32,000 bases of DNA from assembly GCF_032191465.1 (NCBI RefSeq), contig NZ_JAQOUE010000002.1, positions 546,409 through 578,408 on the forward strand. Reading direction: 5' to 3'. The notes beneath the pieces were generated by a model, which worked only from the letters and a program-made list of their open reading frames with translations, was not told the origin of the DNA and ran no database searches. The stretch comes from Candidatus Nitronereus thalassa (lineage in GTDB: Bacteria > Nitrospirota > Nitrospiria > Nitrospirales > UBA8639). The translations under genes were made by a program, and so were the position numbers. Below, in pieces: positions 7,359 to 17,592 of this stretch. How positions within the stretch are numbered: the first letter of the stretch is position 1; every line of letters starts with the position of its first letter.

Positions 7359-7913
7359 ATGAAGAATTTATTCTCTACGCAACAAGTTAAAATGGTGCTC
7401 CTCGTCTGCCTCGGTGGACTACTTGCTATACTTGCCCTCTCCCCTCCACTTCATGCCCAAACCGGAATCCCAGCGCCAGACATACTCAATGACGTATGGC
7501 TCAACTCTCCGCCACAGCGGTTGAAGGATTTACGCGGCAAGGTGGTTATGGTCGAGTTTTGGACTTTCGGGTGCTACAACTGCCGTAACATCGAACCCTA
7601 TGTCAAACAATGGCACGCCAAGTATGCCGACAAAGGATTGGTTATCATTGCCATTCATTCTCCTGAATTTAGCTACGAACGATCCACGGAGAGCGTCCAA
7701 CAATATATTAACGAGCACAAACTACCCTATGCTGTCCCTATCGATAATGATTTTAAAACCTGGAAAAAATATCGAAACCGATACTGGCCAACCCTCTACC
7801 TCATAGACAAACAGGGCATTATTCAATATGTAAAAATCGGAGAAGGTGGATATGCAGAAACGGATCATCAAATACGACAACTCCTTGAAGAAAACTCATC
7901 CCCTTCATCCTAA
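7359..7913 (+). CDS. TlpA/DipZ-like periplasmic thiol-disulfide oxidoreductase (redoxin)
   Basis: GAAGGAGG precedes ATG 7359. Signal/TM segment: VLLVCLGGLLAILALSPPLHA. Thioredoxin-fold motif: FWTFGCYNCRN (CxxC). Confidence 0.85.
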   Translation: MKNLFSTQQVKMVLLVCLGGLLAILALSPPLHAQTGIPAPDILNDVWLNSPPQRLKDLRGKVVMVEFWTFGCYNCRNIEPYVKQWHAKYADKGLVIIAIHSPEFSYERSTESVQQYINEHKLPYAVPIDNDFKTWKKYRNRYWPTLYLIDKQGIIQYVKIGEGGYAETDHQIRQLLEENSSPSS

Positions 7914-9187
7914 TGAAGATTGTCTACCGACTTGGGATGAACATTCTGGCGATTCGTTTCCTTTCTCGCATCACCATCAGTGGAGGAAAGTAGTGTGGCT
8001 GGTTGAATAGCTTGGTCCCCGAATCGTGACCGAATGCTATCCAGGGCTTTTGAAATCGGAACGGCAGCTTCGTGAGCTGAAGAAAAAAGGTTTAATTGCG
8101 AAGAGTCCTCTGGTTTACCCAAATGAGAACCAGCAATGCCCAATAGTCTGACGGATTCCTGAGCGCAAGGCAGACGATCCAGCAAGGAAAGGGCTATCCG
8201 ATAAATAGTGGCATCCTGATCGGTGGACCTCGAAAGGGTAGAGGATCGTGTGAACGTGTGAAACTTGGCCGTCCGAAACTTCAAAGTCAATGTCTTGGCA
8301 GAAACACCTTCGGCCCGCAACCGACTCCCAACCCGTTGGGCCAAGTCCAACAGGGTTTGCTGAATCACCGCCAGGTCCGAAGTATCGGACGCAAACGTCA
8401 ACTCCGCGCCAATGGATTTCGCCGTTTCCTCCGGCACCACCTCGCGATCATCAATGCCATTTGCCAGTTCCCAAAAATGCATACCCTGCTTACCTAACCA
8501 GACTGAAAGCTCCGCACAAGAAGCCGAAGCCACTTGGCCAATAGACTCATATCCCCGTCTACGGAGAAGTTTTGCCGTCTTTGGTCCGGCCCCCCACAAC
8601 CGTTCAATGGGCAAATCGTGAAGAAACGCTCGTTCTCTTCCTGCCGGCACCATCACAAATCCTTGTGGCTTTTGAAGGTCCGAAGCTACCTTCGCGACAA
8701 ATTTCGTGGTCGCTACACCCACAGACGCAATCAAATGTTCCTCATTCCAAATATCCCGTTGAATCTGCGCGCCAATGGCTTGCGGAGTTCCAAATAATCG
8801 TAGACTCCCGGTGACATCTAGAAACGCTTCATCAAAACTCAAAGGCTCAACCAAGTCTGTATAGCGATGAAAAATGGAAAAAATATGCGAGGACACTTCT
8901 TGATACCTCGCCATGCGAACAGGCAAGAACACACCGTGAGGACATCGGCGATAGGCTTGACCAATGGGAAGTGCCGAATGAATACCGAACTTCCTGGCTT
9001 CATAAGACGCCGCCGATACCACACCTCGTCCCTTGCCCTCCTTAGGATCAGCCCCAACGATCACTGGCTTCCCACGATACTCCGGATAATCCCGCTGCTC
9101 TACTGACGCATAAAATGCATCCATATCCACATGGATAATCCAACGTGAATGTTGCCTGGGAGGAATGTTGGGTGCCATGAGGCCCAT
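7910..9187 (-). CDS. dinB: DNA polymerase IV (Y-family)
   Basis: HVDMDAFYASVEQ, PVIVG, SLDEAFLDVT-like (SFDEAFLDVTG) and HhH/little-finger regions. 425 aa. The start may be 9187 or 9178. Confidence 0.92.
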   Translation of the reverse strand: MGLMAPNIPPRQHSRWIIHVDMDAFYASVEQRDYPEYRGKPVIVGADPKEGKGRGVVSAASYEARKFGIHSALPIGQAYRRCPHGVFLPVRMARYQEVSSHIFSIFHRYTDLVEPLSFDEAFLDVTGSLRLFGTPQAIGAQIQRDIWNEEHLIASVGVATTKFVAKVASDLQKPQGFVMVPAGRERAFLHDLPIERLWGAGPKTAKLLRRRGYESIGQVASASCAELSVWLGKQGMHFWELANGIDDREVVPEETAKSIGAELTFASDTSDLAVIQQTLLDLAQRVGSRLRAEGVSAKTLTLKFRTAKFHTFTRSSTLSRSTDQDATIYRIALSLLDRLPCAQESVRLLGIAGSHLGKPEDSSQLNLFSSAHEAAVPISKALDSIRSRFGDQAIQPATLLSSTDGDARKETNRQNVHPKSVDNLH

Positions 9188-9247
9188 TGTAGGCCTTGTA
9201 GAAAAAAACGAAAAGGGAACCCGATGTGGAGAAAACCAAAAGGAGAT

Positions 9248-9439
9248 TTAATTAGAATTAGGAGGTTCGGGAACCGGCCGCCACCTGGCAACCGAACGAC
9301 GAAGAAACTCCTGTCGCTTCAAAAATTTGAGATGATATTGCCACGCGTAAAATTCCTGGTTTTCCTGAAAAGTCTCCAGAAACTTCGATTCATGCTTGAA
9401 ATCGTTTTTGATAACGGCGACGGGAACTTTAGGAGCCAT
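9248..9439 (-). CDS. Hypothetical small protein (63 aa)
   Basis: ATG 9439 is preceded by AAGGA. It is co-directional with dinB and 60 nt upstream of it. I recognise no motif. Confidence 0.4.
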   Translation of the reverse strand: MAPKVPVAVIKNDFKHESKFLETFQENQEFYAWQYHLKFLKRQEFLRRSVARWRPVPEPPNSN

Positions 9440-9551
9440 AAATCCTTATATCACAAATATCTAAACGGCATCCATATCATCATGGGCTATTACTGTTTCT
9501 CTATTATTAGAAATTTGTCCCTATCTAACAAAAAAAGTCTCTAGAATTTCC

Positions 9552-10154
9552 TCACTTCACTATCGACGAGGCATTTCCCCATTTGCCAGTGAAAACAAAT
9601 CCCTCCAGTGGCTTTCTTGTGCGTGGCGCTCTTTCCCGTTCAGCTAATTCTTCTGAAAGTAAGTTGGGATCTCCCATATACCCCAAGGCCAACCCCGTCA
9701 CGGGATCGAACCCTTGCGGGACACCATATACTTCTCGAATACGATCTGGAAGAATCCCGGCCATTTGATGCAGGCTGAGGCCCAAGACCGTGGCCTGAAT
9801 CACTAAGTTGCCGACGGCCAACCCGACATCATGCCACGCATGGGGATTCCCCTTGCCATTATGATCAAAGGTGGACTTGGCCACTGTCAGCATTAACACC
9901 GGAGCCAATTTGGCCCATTCTTGATTACCATCAACCAAGCACGACAGCATTCGTTGATACTCCTGGGGAGTGTCTTTGGTAGCCACGATAAAGTACCAGG
10001 GCTGCTCATTAAAGCAGGAAGAGGCCCACCGCGCAGCTTCGAAAAGACGGTATAAATCGTCTTTTTCAACTGGACGATCGATGAAGGAGCGAGGACTCCA
10101 CCGTCGCTGAATGGGATCGTGAAGCGAGTAATTTGTATCAGCGGGTTTTTCCAT
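9552..10154 (-). CDS. Nitroreductase family protein
   Basis: 200 aa. Typical nitroreductase pattern: RRWSPRSF, LFEAARWASSCFNEQPW, QATVLGLSLHQM. Confidence 0.85.
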   Translation of the reverse strand: MEKPADTNYSLHDPIQRRWSPRSFIDRPVEKDDLYRLFEAARWASSCFNEQPWYFIVATKDTPQEYQRMLSCLVDGNQEWAKLAPVLMLTVAKSTFDHNGKGNPHAWHDVGLAVGNLVIQATVLGLSLHQMAGILPDRIREVYGVPQGFDPVTGLALGYMGDPNLLSEELAERERAPRTRKPLEGFVFTGKWGNASSIVK

Positions 10155-10284
10155 AAGCTATATTCCTTATTGGATTTTTAGATATTCACAAATTCTAAGC
10201 TGAACACTTCTTCCATCATAATACCTGCCTGCACTTATAACTTCATTCCTGAAAGTTACTTTACCCATGTGCCTGAAGGTTCCT

Positions 10285-10887
10285 CTACCCTCTCGTATCA
10301 GGATATTGGGTGGAACCTGCACGAAAAAACGCTGAAGGCTCGGGAACAATCCAGGCCACCTCATCCACCATTTCCAACAGAGGGACATCATCTTCGATCG
10401 AATCTACTGAAAGATCTTGGGTTTGCACCTCGATGTTCTCTTCACGAAGAACATCGCATTCAATATTTTTCCAATCACCCCGAATGGGCCTCAGTAAAAA
10501 ATCCGTATCCCAAAAATAAATATCCACGATGGCCGTTCCATCCAAGAAACCAATTTGAAATGTACCGATCGGTCGTAAAGCCTGGGGGTCATCTTCCACC
10601 AAATCATTATGGGTTGCGCAAAAATTCCTGAGACATTCGTAGAGTAAAAGCCAATGAATATCCGTCAATTGATACACCGACGCATCACGGATCGCGGCTA
10701 ATAATTGTGCCATAAGACGAACGGCCTTGTAGGGGCCACAGAAGGTGGAAGTTTCAGGATAGAGCCCTTCCCACGAATCAATCGCCGCGTCATCGGCCAC
10801 CATCCTCACTTCGGTCATTTCACTCACCAAGGCTTCTTGCAAGATGGCTTCAAATACGACATCAGGTTTGGTTTGAAAGTAAATCAC
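10285..10887 (-). CDS. Hypothetical acidic protein
   Basis: Uninterrupted 200-aa ORF with a GTG start in the ORF track. I recognise no motif, and the start is uncertain. Confidence 0.55.
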   Translation of the reverse strand: MIYFQTKPDVVFEAILQEALVSEMTEVRMVADDAAIDSWEGLYPETSTFCGPYKAVRLMAQLLAAIRDASVYQLTDIHWLLLYECLRNFCATHNDLVEDDPQALRPIGTFQIGFLDGTAIVDIYFWDTDFLLRPIRGDWKNIECDVLREENIEVQTQDLSVDSIEDDVPLLEMVDEVAWIVPEPSAFFRAGSTQYPDTRG

Positions 10888-11132
10888 GGTGACACGTTAC
10901 ATCCTAGGAACATCCATCATTGAAACCTGCCGATTTCACGCCCACGATATCCTACCGTTCAGACGCACCATGAACAACCCAGGAGATAGGGTACACGAAT
11001 CAGTGATTCCTTTCGAATGCTTTTCGTGTATGGAAATACCCGGAGGGAAGGATGTGTACTCCAACAATTGTGATGAATGAAACCGCAGCTTGTGCGGATC
11101 GCTTGATTAATTGGAAGGGAAAGACAGTGTGT

Positions 11133-12437
11133 TCAGGAGGTGGCGTGTTGCATCTCGGACACAAAACACAAATCGTCCTGCAGGCCCTCTTCAAAAGGAT
11201 TTAGAATTCGCTCGACTCGTACGGGCTTACTGCCGGTTTTATATTCGGATAATTCCACTAGATAAGGTGAGTCTAACTTTTTTCTGCCTTTATTCCAGAC
11301 AAGTTTCACCATAGGCAGCATGTGATCTGCTTGATTCACCGACACCACCCATCCCCGCTCCCCAGTGGTAAGTTCAACCAAGCTTCCCACGGGATAAAGC
11401 CCCAAACTTTGCACAAGGGCTTCCACCCACTCCATGGAAAACTCGCCCTCTAACCCCAGTTGATATAATCGGCGAACCGCCAGCGCGGGGGGAAGCGGTG
11501 GACGATTTCCCCGTTTGCTGACCAAGGCATCATATCGATCCACTAATCCCACCAGCTGAGCAAGCAGGCTAATGGTATTGCCTTGTCGCTTCCAAGGATA
11601 TCCCTTACCATTGACGCGTTCATGATGTTCCAACACGATACGTCGGGAGACTTCCGAAACGTCCTCTGCCTTGGACATGAGCGTCGAGCCAAGCTTCGGG
11701 TGGTTTAAATACAAATTGCGTTCTTCCGAAGTAAAGGTTCCCTTTTTTAAAAGAAGATTTCGAGGAAGTCGGAGTTGGCCCACATCATGGAGCAATGCAC
11801 CGAGCGCCAAGTCGTGCAATTGAAGCGCAGACATCTGGGAACGATAGCCCACAACCAAAGCCAACACGCACACATCCACAGAATGGGAAAATAGCGTGGC
11901 ATCAAATTGTCGCATACGTTGCAGTTGTGCATCAGCCAATAAGGCGCCTTCTCGAACCTTTAAACAATCAAATATAGTTTGAGTGACTTCCCGTAAGGGT
12001 CCAGACTCCAGCACCACACCTGTTTTGATCCCTTCAAAGACCCGCTTGATCGCAGAAATAGCTTCAGTGCGGACTTCCTGAGCCACCCGAAGTTCATCTT
12101 CAAAGGCAGTCAGAGTAAAGGTGTTTCTAGCCGCCCCCAATGAATCCCCACCTGCTTGGCTTTCCTGGGGGAGCTTAAGCGCACCCCCCACTGGCAAATT
12201 TTCCCCTTCCCCGAGAACTTCACCTGTGTTCAGATTGCCATAAGAATTCTCGACATCCGCCCCCTGTTGAATATCAATCGTGACTTCACGAACTCCAGAT
12301 TGGCGGAGTTTCACAATGTCGGCTTGGGATTTGATTTGCCCACGATGGATCCAGAGGGGGGATTGAAGCCAAGACTTATCCAATCCCACCAAATGCATTC
12401 CGGGTTTGAGTTGTTCAATAGAGATGCGACGCTTCAT
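11133..12437 (-). CDS. HD-GYP domain phosphodiesterase with DUF3391-like N-terminus
   Basis: HD (LLHDVGQ) and HHERVNGKGYP motifs in the C-terminal half. The N-terminal IEQLKPGMHL..LDKSW pattern is typical of DUF3391. Confidence 0.88.
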   Translation of the reverse strand: MKRRISIEQLKPGMHLVGLDKSWLQSPLWIHRGQIKSQADIVKLRQSGVREVTIDIQQGADVENSYGNLNTGEVLGEGENLPVGGALKLPQESQAGGDSLGAARNTFTLTAFEDELRVAQEVRTEAISAIKRVFEGIKTGVVLESGPLREVTQTIFDCLKVREGALLADAQLQRMRQFDATLFSHSVDVCVLALVVGYRSQMSALQLHDLALGALLHDVGQLRLPRNLLLKKGTFTSEERNLYLNHPKLGSTLMSKAEDVSEVSRRIVLEHHERVNGKGYPWKRQGNTISLLAQLVGLVDRYDALVSKRGNRPPLPPALAVRRLYQLGLEGEFSMEWVEALVQSLGLYPVGSLVELTTGERGWVVSVNQADHMLPMVKLVWNKGRKKLDSPYLVELSEYKTGSKPVRVERILNPFEEGLQDDLCFVSEMQHATS

Positions 12438-12835
12438 AAGAAAAAGATGTTATGGAAATGAAAACCAAAATGATCCAAGAATTGTGGGCTGAAAAGAAGG
12501 GATGCCCCACTGATCAATTTTTCGGTTAAACACCCTCGACCTTGAGCTTTGGGATTTGGCCGTTGTTGTTTATTGCTACCCGTTAATGTTGGGTAAAACA
12601 GTTTTCTAAAGGTTTATACTAGCAAATTATACCTACAAAAAATCTAGAATTCCCCTTTCGATTTAAGTATTTGTGTACTTAATTTCAAGCAGGTTTTTTC
12701 TTCACGACCTCATAAAACTTTTTATGGAAATCTTTCTTTTTTTCAGAAAATTGGCATTGCGGCCTAGCTCCTCATCTCGTATTCTGAAAGAATGAAGTCA
12801 TCGCAGCTATCAAACTCTTAGCATCAGGTTTTCTT

Positions 12836-14149
12836 ATGAATCGCCTCCAGCCAATATTCTCCGTCAACATTGGGATAGGTTTTCTTTTGCTTATGGTCTT
12901 TATGCTCGCAGCCATTCCGGTCGGGAGCGCTACTATCGGAACCCCACTTTACCAACCAAAAACACCGGCCGGAGCCATTGACTACCGACAAGGTGTCGCG
13001 GCCCTCGCGAAGGGCGACCTTGATATGGCCAAACAGGCATTTCGTACCACACTTGAAAAAACTCCTTCACACGTGGGAGCCATGATCGGGTTGGCCGAAA
13101 TTGCGTTCAAAGAAGGCACCCCCGATGTCACCGAAAAATATATTCATGATGCCATGAAAGTGGCTCCGAAAAACGCCCTCATTCATCAAATGTTGGGCCG
13201 GCACCTGGCACAACAAGGCCGTCTTGAGGAGGCGGAGAACGCTTATCAACAGGCCATTGAACTCGAACCCAAACTTATGCATCTGCAGCTAGAGGTGGGA
13301 GATTTCTATCTGCAACGTTCGAATCAACCTCAAAAAGCCATCGAAGCCTATGAATCCGCCCTTGAATTAGACGTCTCGCATGCCGGGGCTCATTTTGGCC
13401 TGGGTTCAGCCCTAGCCAATACCGGAAAGATTGAACAGGCCATCCAAAAATTTCAGGAGGCCGGGCAACTTGCTCCAGATAATCCCCTTCCCTTTTTCGC
13501 GTTGGGTCGAATTCACCTAATGCGAAAGCAATTTGAAGACGCCCACACAGCATTCACCCAATCCATTTATGCGCAACCCAAATTCGTACAAGCCTATATT
13601 GCGCGGGGTGATGTCTCGATCATTCAAGAACGGGACACTCACGCCTTGGAAGATTATGAAGCGGCTCGCAACATTTCCCCGAATATCCCAGCCCTTCACG
13701 TTAAACTTGGGCTGCTCCACGAACGCAATAAGCGATTTGATCAAGCCGTCGATTCCTTTCGTACCGCGATTTCCCTCGACCCAAGACAAGCCATTGCCCT
13801 TAATAATTTGGCTTGGATTTCCGTGCAGCATAACACTCGACTCGACGAAGCCGTAGCCTGGGCCAAACAGGCGGTGGCCCTGGCTCCCAAGGTCAGCGCC
13901 TTTCAAGATACATTAGGGTGGGTCCACCGAAAACGGGGAGAACTGGATGAGGCCGCAGATGTTCTGAGTAAAGCGACGACTCTCGAACCAGAGCAGGCAG
14001 ATATCTTCTATCACTTAGGTGTGGTCGAGTCCGAACGTGGGCATACAGAGAAAGCCGTGGCTGCACTCGAAAAGGCCCTGGAGCTCAATGCCAAATTTGC
14101 TGATGCGGAGGATGCTCGACGACGACTCCAAACCCTTCAAAAACCCTAA
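12836..14149 (+). CDS. TPR repeat protein, membrane-anchored or secreted
   Basis: N-terminal hydrophobic segment, then many 34-aa TPR-like units (A..Y..AL.L.P....A...LG). Confidence 0.85.
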   Translation: MNRLQPIFSVNIGIGFLLLMVFMLAAIPVGSATIGTPLYQPKTPAGAIDYRQGVAALAKGDLDMAKQAFRTTLEKTPSHVGAMIGLAEIAFKEGTPDVTEKYIHDAMKVAPKNALIHQMLGRHLAQQGRLEEAENAYQQAIELEPKLMHLQLEVGDFYLQRSNQPQKAIEAYESALELDVSHAGAHFGLGSALANTGKIEQAIQKFQEAGQLAPDNPLPFFALGRIHLMRKQFEDAHTAFTQSIYAQPKFVQAYIARGDVSIIQERDTHALEDYEAARNISPNIPALHVKLGLLHERNKRFDQAVDSFRTAISLDPRQAIALNNLAWISVQHNTRLDEAVAWAKQAVALAPKVSAFQDTLGWVHRKRGELDEAADVLSKATTLEPEQADIFYHLGVVESERGHTEKAVAALEKALELNAKFADAEDARRRLQTLQKP

Positions 14150-14176
14150 GGGTTTCCTTATCACCCAACCAGCAGT

Positions 14177-14626
14177 TCACCAGATCCAAGGAAGCAATTT
14201 GAAGGTACGGGTTTGATAGTCCTGGAAATCAGGAAATGTTTTTTCCAACAACCGTTCTTCATATTGAAGTTTCAACATCAAATCGATGAACAACACCATC
14301 CAGACTCCGCCCCGGACATAAGAAAACTCCTCCCACACAATAGCCAAGGTAACCATGAGAAGGGCCAAATACATCGGATGCCGAATCCATCGATAGGGTC
14401 CACGGGATTGGAGAGAACTACTGGCTTTGATCTCCGGGAACGCACTGAGATGCCGAAGTTTCATGGTTAGGACTGCCCACAACCCAAGGACGACACCACT
14501 CATTTCCAAAAGCACAAGCCCTGGAATCGATGCCAACCAAGGGCCGGTCACCACCAGCAACCCCAAACAGATAAATTGAACGCCGACAAATATATAGGAC
14601 TGGACCTGATGCTTGGATTGATACAT
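14177..14626 (-). CDS. Isoprenylcysteine carboxyl methyltransferase (ICMT/PEMT) family membrane protein
   Basis: Four hydrophobic segments and the family signature RGPYRWIRHPMYLALL...EE..L...F..Y..Y. Confidence 0.8.
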   Translation of the reverse strand: MYQSKHQVQSYIFVGVQFICLGLLVVTGPWLASIPGLVLLEMSGVVLGLWAVLTMKLRHLSAFPEIKASSSLQSRGPYRWIRHPMYLALLMVTLAIVWEEFSYVRGGVWMVLFIDLMLKLQYEERLLEKTFPDFQDYQTRTFKLLPWIW

Positions 14627-14766
14627 CCTGGAATTCTCTCTTGACCCTCATTACATTATTTCAATAACCAGCCTATGGCTCCAACCATGTTCCGTCTCCC
14701 ATTCAAGCCCCCCTTTCTATCCGGCGAAAGAAAACGGTGTGCCAACAGCCAAGAGGAGTATGAAAC

Positions 14767-15909
14767 GTGTCCCTCAATGTACCAGCGTTGAAAACATTTC
14801 GAACCTTTTTGGATAAACCCTACACTCCAATTCTCTCGTTTTGCGCCGGAGTCACGTATGACACGCTCACCCTCACAAGAATTGATCGCCTCTTCGACAA
14901 TCTTATTTTGCTGCTCTATGTCGCACTCTTGGGCACTCTAATCATCCTCACGGGACGCGCCAAATTGGAGGATTGGCCAAGTGCTCCCCTCCACAGGTCC
15001 CCATGGTCTCCACTCTCCTTGCTACACAAAACCAAAACGTATCACATTCCGGCGCTCCATTTTTTATTTGGAAGCCTGTTTAGTGCCTACGCAATCGTAT
15101 ACTCACGAAGCGCATCGTTGAATTCTTCGGCCATCTTTTTAGGCGTTATCGTGATTGTCTTGGTTGCCAATGAATTCTATCATCATCGTTTCTCAACCCT
15201 CACCCTTCAAGTCACCTTATATGCATTAGTCACGTTCAGTTTCTTTACGTTTTTCCTGCCCGTGGTAACAGGATACATGAACACCTTGGTGTTCCTCCTT
15301 GGCGTTGGGCTCAGCATCGCCGTAGTGTTCCGGGTGGTCATGTTGACGTATCGCGGAGTCTCCGTGCCAAATCCATGGAGTCCGGTCTTGACTGGACTTC
15401 CCGCCATAGGCCTCGTCGCCATCTTCACCGGATTTTATTTCTTGAATTGGATTCCACCCGTCCCACTCTCACTAAAATTTGCAGGCATCTATCATCAAGT
15501 GGAAAAGATCGAAGATTCTTACCACCTGACATTCGAGGAGGGGCCCTGGTACAACTTTTGGAAAGATACCGATGATGTCATCCGAGGCGAAGGCCCAGCC
15601 TATTGCTTCATCTCAGTCTTTGCCCCGGTCAGATTAGAAACCACGAATTACCACCATTGGCAGTACCGACCCACGTCAACCATAGAAACCGAAAAGGCAC
15701 GTCCCTTCCACACTACTGATCGTATTCCTATCACCATCTCCGGTGGCCGAGAAGCCGGGTATCGCAGCTATACCGTCAAAAACCATGTAAATCCTGGAGA
15801 CTGGCAAGTCACCATCGAAACCGAAGATGAGCGAATCATCGACCGCATAGAATTTTCGGTCAAGGCGTCGGTGGCCGAAAACCCTGAGTATGAAACCATC
15901 ACCTATTAA
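14767..15909 (+). CDS. DUF2914-like polytopic membrane protein
   Basis: GTG start behind GAGGAG. Multiple TM segments are followed by a soluble C-terminal domain (GDWQVTIETEDERIIDRIEFSV) that resembles DUF2914 from memory. Confidence 0.65.
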   Translation: MSLNVPALKTFRTFLDKPYTPILSFCAGVTYDTLTLTRIDRLFDNLILLLYVALLGTLIILTGRAKLEDWPSAPLHRSPWSPLSLLHKTKTYHIPALHFLFGSLFSAYAIVYSRSASLNSSAIFLGVIVIVLVANEFYHHRFSTLTLQVTLYALVTFSFFTFFLPVVTGYMNTLVFLLGVGLSIAVVFRVVMLTYRGVSVPNPWSPVLTGLPAIGLVAIFTGFYFLNWIPPVPLSLKFAGIYHQVEKIEDSYHLTFEEGPWYNFWKDTDDVIRGEGPAYCFISVFAPVRLETTNYHHWQYRPTSTIETEKARPFHTTDRIPITISGGREAGYRSYTVKNHVNPGDWQVTIETEDERIIDRIEFSVKASVAENPEYETITY

Positions 15910-16131
15910 GTGCCTATACAGATAGTTAAATCTGTGTTTCCGTTTAGATACACGAAGCAATCCCTCTTTTCACCCAACAGCTCGCCCGTTCATAATTCAA
16001 ATCTTAAAAAAACTCATTAAAACTGGCTTCTTTCCCCGGAAAGGAATTCTTCATTTACTTTCCCAAAAATGGCATATAACCTGTTTCCCTCCTCGGAGAG
16101 ATGTTCCATATCATAAGACCGAAAGGAGCAG

Positions 16132-17037
16132 ATGATGGGAAATTTTCAAGCCCTCGATATTGGACTAGGCCTCATGTTTATCTACTTGGTACTGAGTCTC
16201 GTATGCACCGGGCTGAACGAATTTGCTGCAGGCATCTTTCAACGGCGACGCCGGAACCTCCTCAAAGGACTGGAATTCATTCTGACGCATACTCCCAACT
16301 CAAACGCCGTGGAGAATTTTAAAAATCACCCCCTCATCAAAAGTATGTATGGAAACAAGTTTCAGGCATCCTATGTCCCTCCTCATATTTTCTCCACCGT
16401 CTTGTTAGACCTCTTGCCCAAAGCCGATCCTCAGACCCCCACCACCATGCAGGATATTCGCCAGGTTATCACTCCTCCACAAACTCCAGGGCAAGCCTCC
16501 CCGCCGTCCATGCTTTATGAAACCTTACGAGTCCTCGCGAATGAGGCGGACAACAATATGACGCAACTCAAGAAGAATATTGAGGCGTGGTACAACGAAG
16601 CCATGGTCGGCACCTCGGGTCGTTTCCGTGCAAGAACTCAAGCCATTGTCTTTGTCATTGCCATCATCGTGGCCTTTGGTACCAATGCCGATACGTTTGA
16701 GATCACCAAAACCCTTTCGCAAAATTCTTCTCTACGAGCCATGCTCGTGGCCCAGACGGAACAACTCAAAAACGGGGCCTCCGATACCACGATTCCAACA
16801 TTCACTCTCGAGAACCTTAAAAAAACTGGCCTGCAACTTGGATGGGAAACATTTCCGCCTCCAATAGCGGATCTTGGTTTCAAAAAATTCATGGGACTCC
16901 TCATCACTGCCATAGCCATTTCCTTAGGCGCCCCCTTCTGGTTTGACTTGCTGAAAAAAGTCGCCAACGTCCGAGCCGGCAGCCTCTCACCAGACGAAGT
17001 TGAGAAAGAAAAGAAAAAAAGTCGAAGCACCTCATAG
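16132..17037 (+). CDS. Hypothetical membrane protein
   Basis: AAGGAG precedes ATGATG at 16132/16135. It has an N-terminal TM, a central Pro/Thr/Gln-rich segment, two C-terminal TMs with LGAPFWFDLLKKV, and a Lys-rich tail. Confidence 0.65.
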   Translation: MMGNFQALDIGLGLMFIYLVLSLVCTGLNEFAAGIFQRRRRNLLKGLEFILTHTPNSNAVENFKNHPLIKSMYGNKFQASYVPPHIFSTVLLDLLPKADPQTPTTMQDIRQVITPPQTPGQASPPSMLYETLRVLANEADNNMTQLKKNIEAWYNEAMVGTSGRFRARTQAIVFVIAIIVAFGTNADTFEITKTLSQNSSLRAMLVAQTEQLKNGASDTTIPTFTLENLKKTGLQLGWETFPPPIADLGFKKFMGLLITAIAISLGAPFWFDLLKKVANVRAGSLSPDEVEKEKKKSRSTS

Positions 17038-17087
17038 GCGTTTCTTAAAACCAGGTCCTCAAAAAGTACGAAAGTTTTTGCGGAACC

Positions 17088-17492
17088 CTAATAGCTGTAT
17101 CCGCCACTAAGGTGACGTTCGAAGGTTGAGGAAAGGCCAAGGTGATTGCGATAGATAGTTGATTCCACAATTTCTTTGTTATTCGGGGCGAGTTCTCCGG
17201 CGGCTTGGAAATGTTTCCTCGCTTGATCATGATGACCAAGCTTGTGCTCCGTCAGAGCCAAGTTGAAATGTGCCTCCGGCAATCGTGGATCATCCTGCAC
17301 GGCAGCCAAGAATCGTGCTTCCGCGCCTTTCCATTTTCCATCGTTGTACAGTCTAATCCCTTCAAGATTATGCTGAGCCGCCGTTGGGCTTGAGATGGGT
17401 AGAACCGCGAGCGGACCAGTAGTTGCGGCACATCCCGAAAGCATAGCTAAACTCCCTAAGATCATCAGGCAGTGAGTTATTCTCTGTTGCAT
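17088..17492 (-). CDS. TPR-repeat lipoprotein
   Basis: Lipobox LSGC after a signal peptide. TPR-like units follow (AHFNLALTEHKLGHHDQARKHFQAA). Confidence 0.8.
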   Translation of the reverse strand: MQQRITHCLMILGSLAMLSGCAATTGPLAVLPISSPTAAQHNLEGIRLYNDGKWKGAEARFLAAVQDDPRLPEAHFNLALTEHKLGHHDQARKHFQAAGELAPNNKEIVESTIYRNHLGLSSTFERHLSGGYSY

Positions 17493-17592
17493 ACTTTTTC
17501 CTCCCTACAAAACCTCTCAGCAAAATGCAGTCTCCTACCTTTCACCATGACCCCATTGTAGACTGTCCAACATTACGATACCATGCCGACCC

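Noticed and set aside
11600-11650. The HD-GYP motif reads HHERVNGKGYP (Asn where Asp is usual), considered as evidence of an inactive enzyme.
   Set aside because: The HD and GYP elements and the flanking His residues are intact. A single conservative change cannot support a call of inactivity from sequence alone.
12748-12770. Sigma-54-like TGGCAT...TGC motif upstream of the TPR gene.
   Set aside because: The GG and GC elements are not at the required 10-nt spacing, so this is not a valid -24/-12 promoter.
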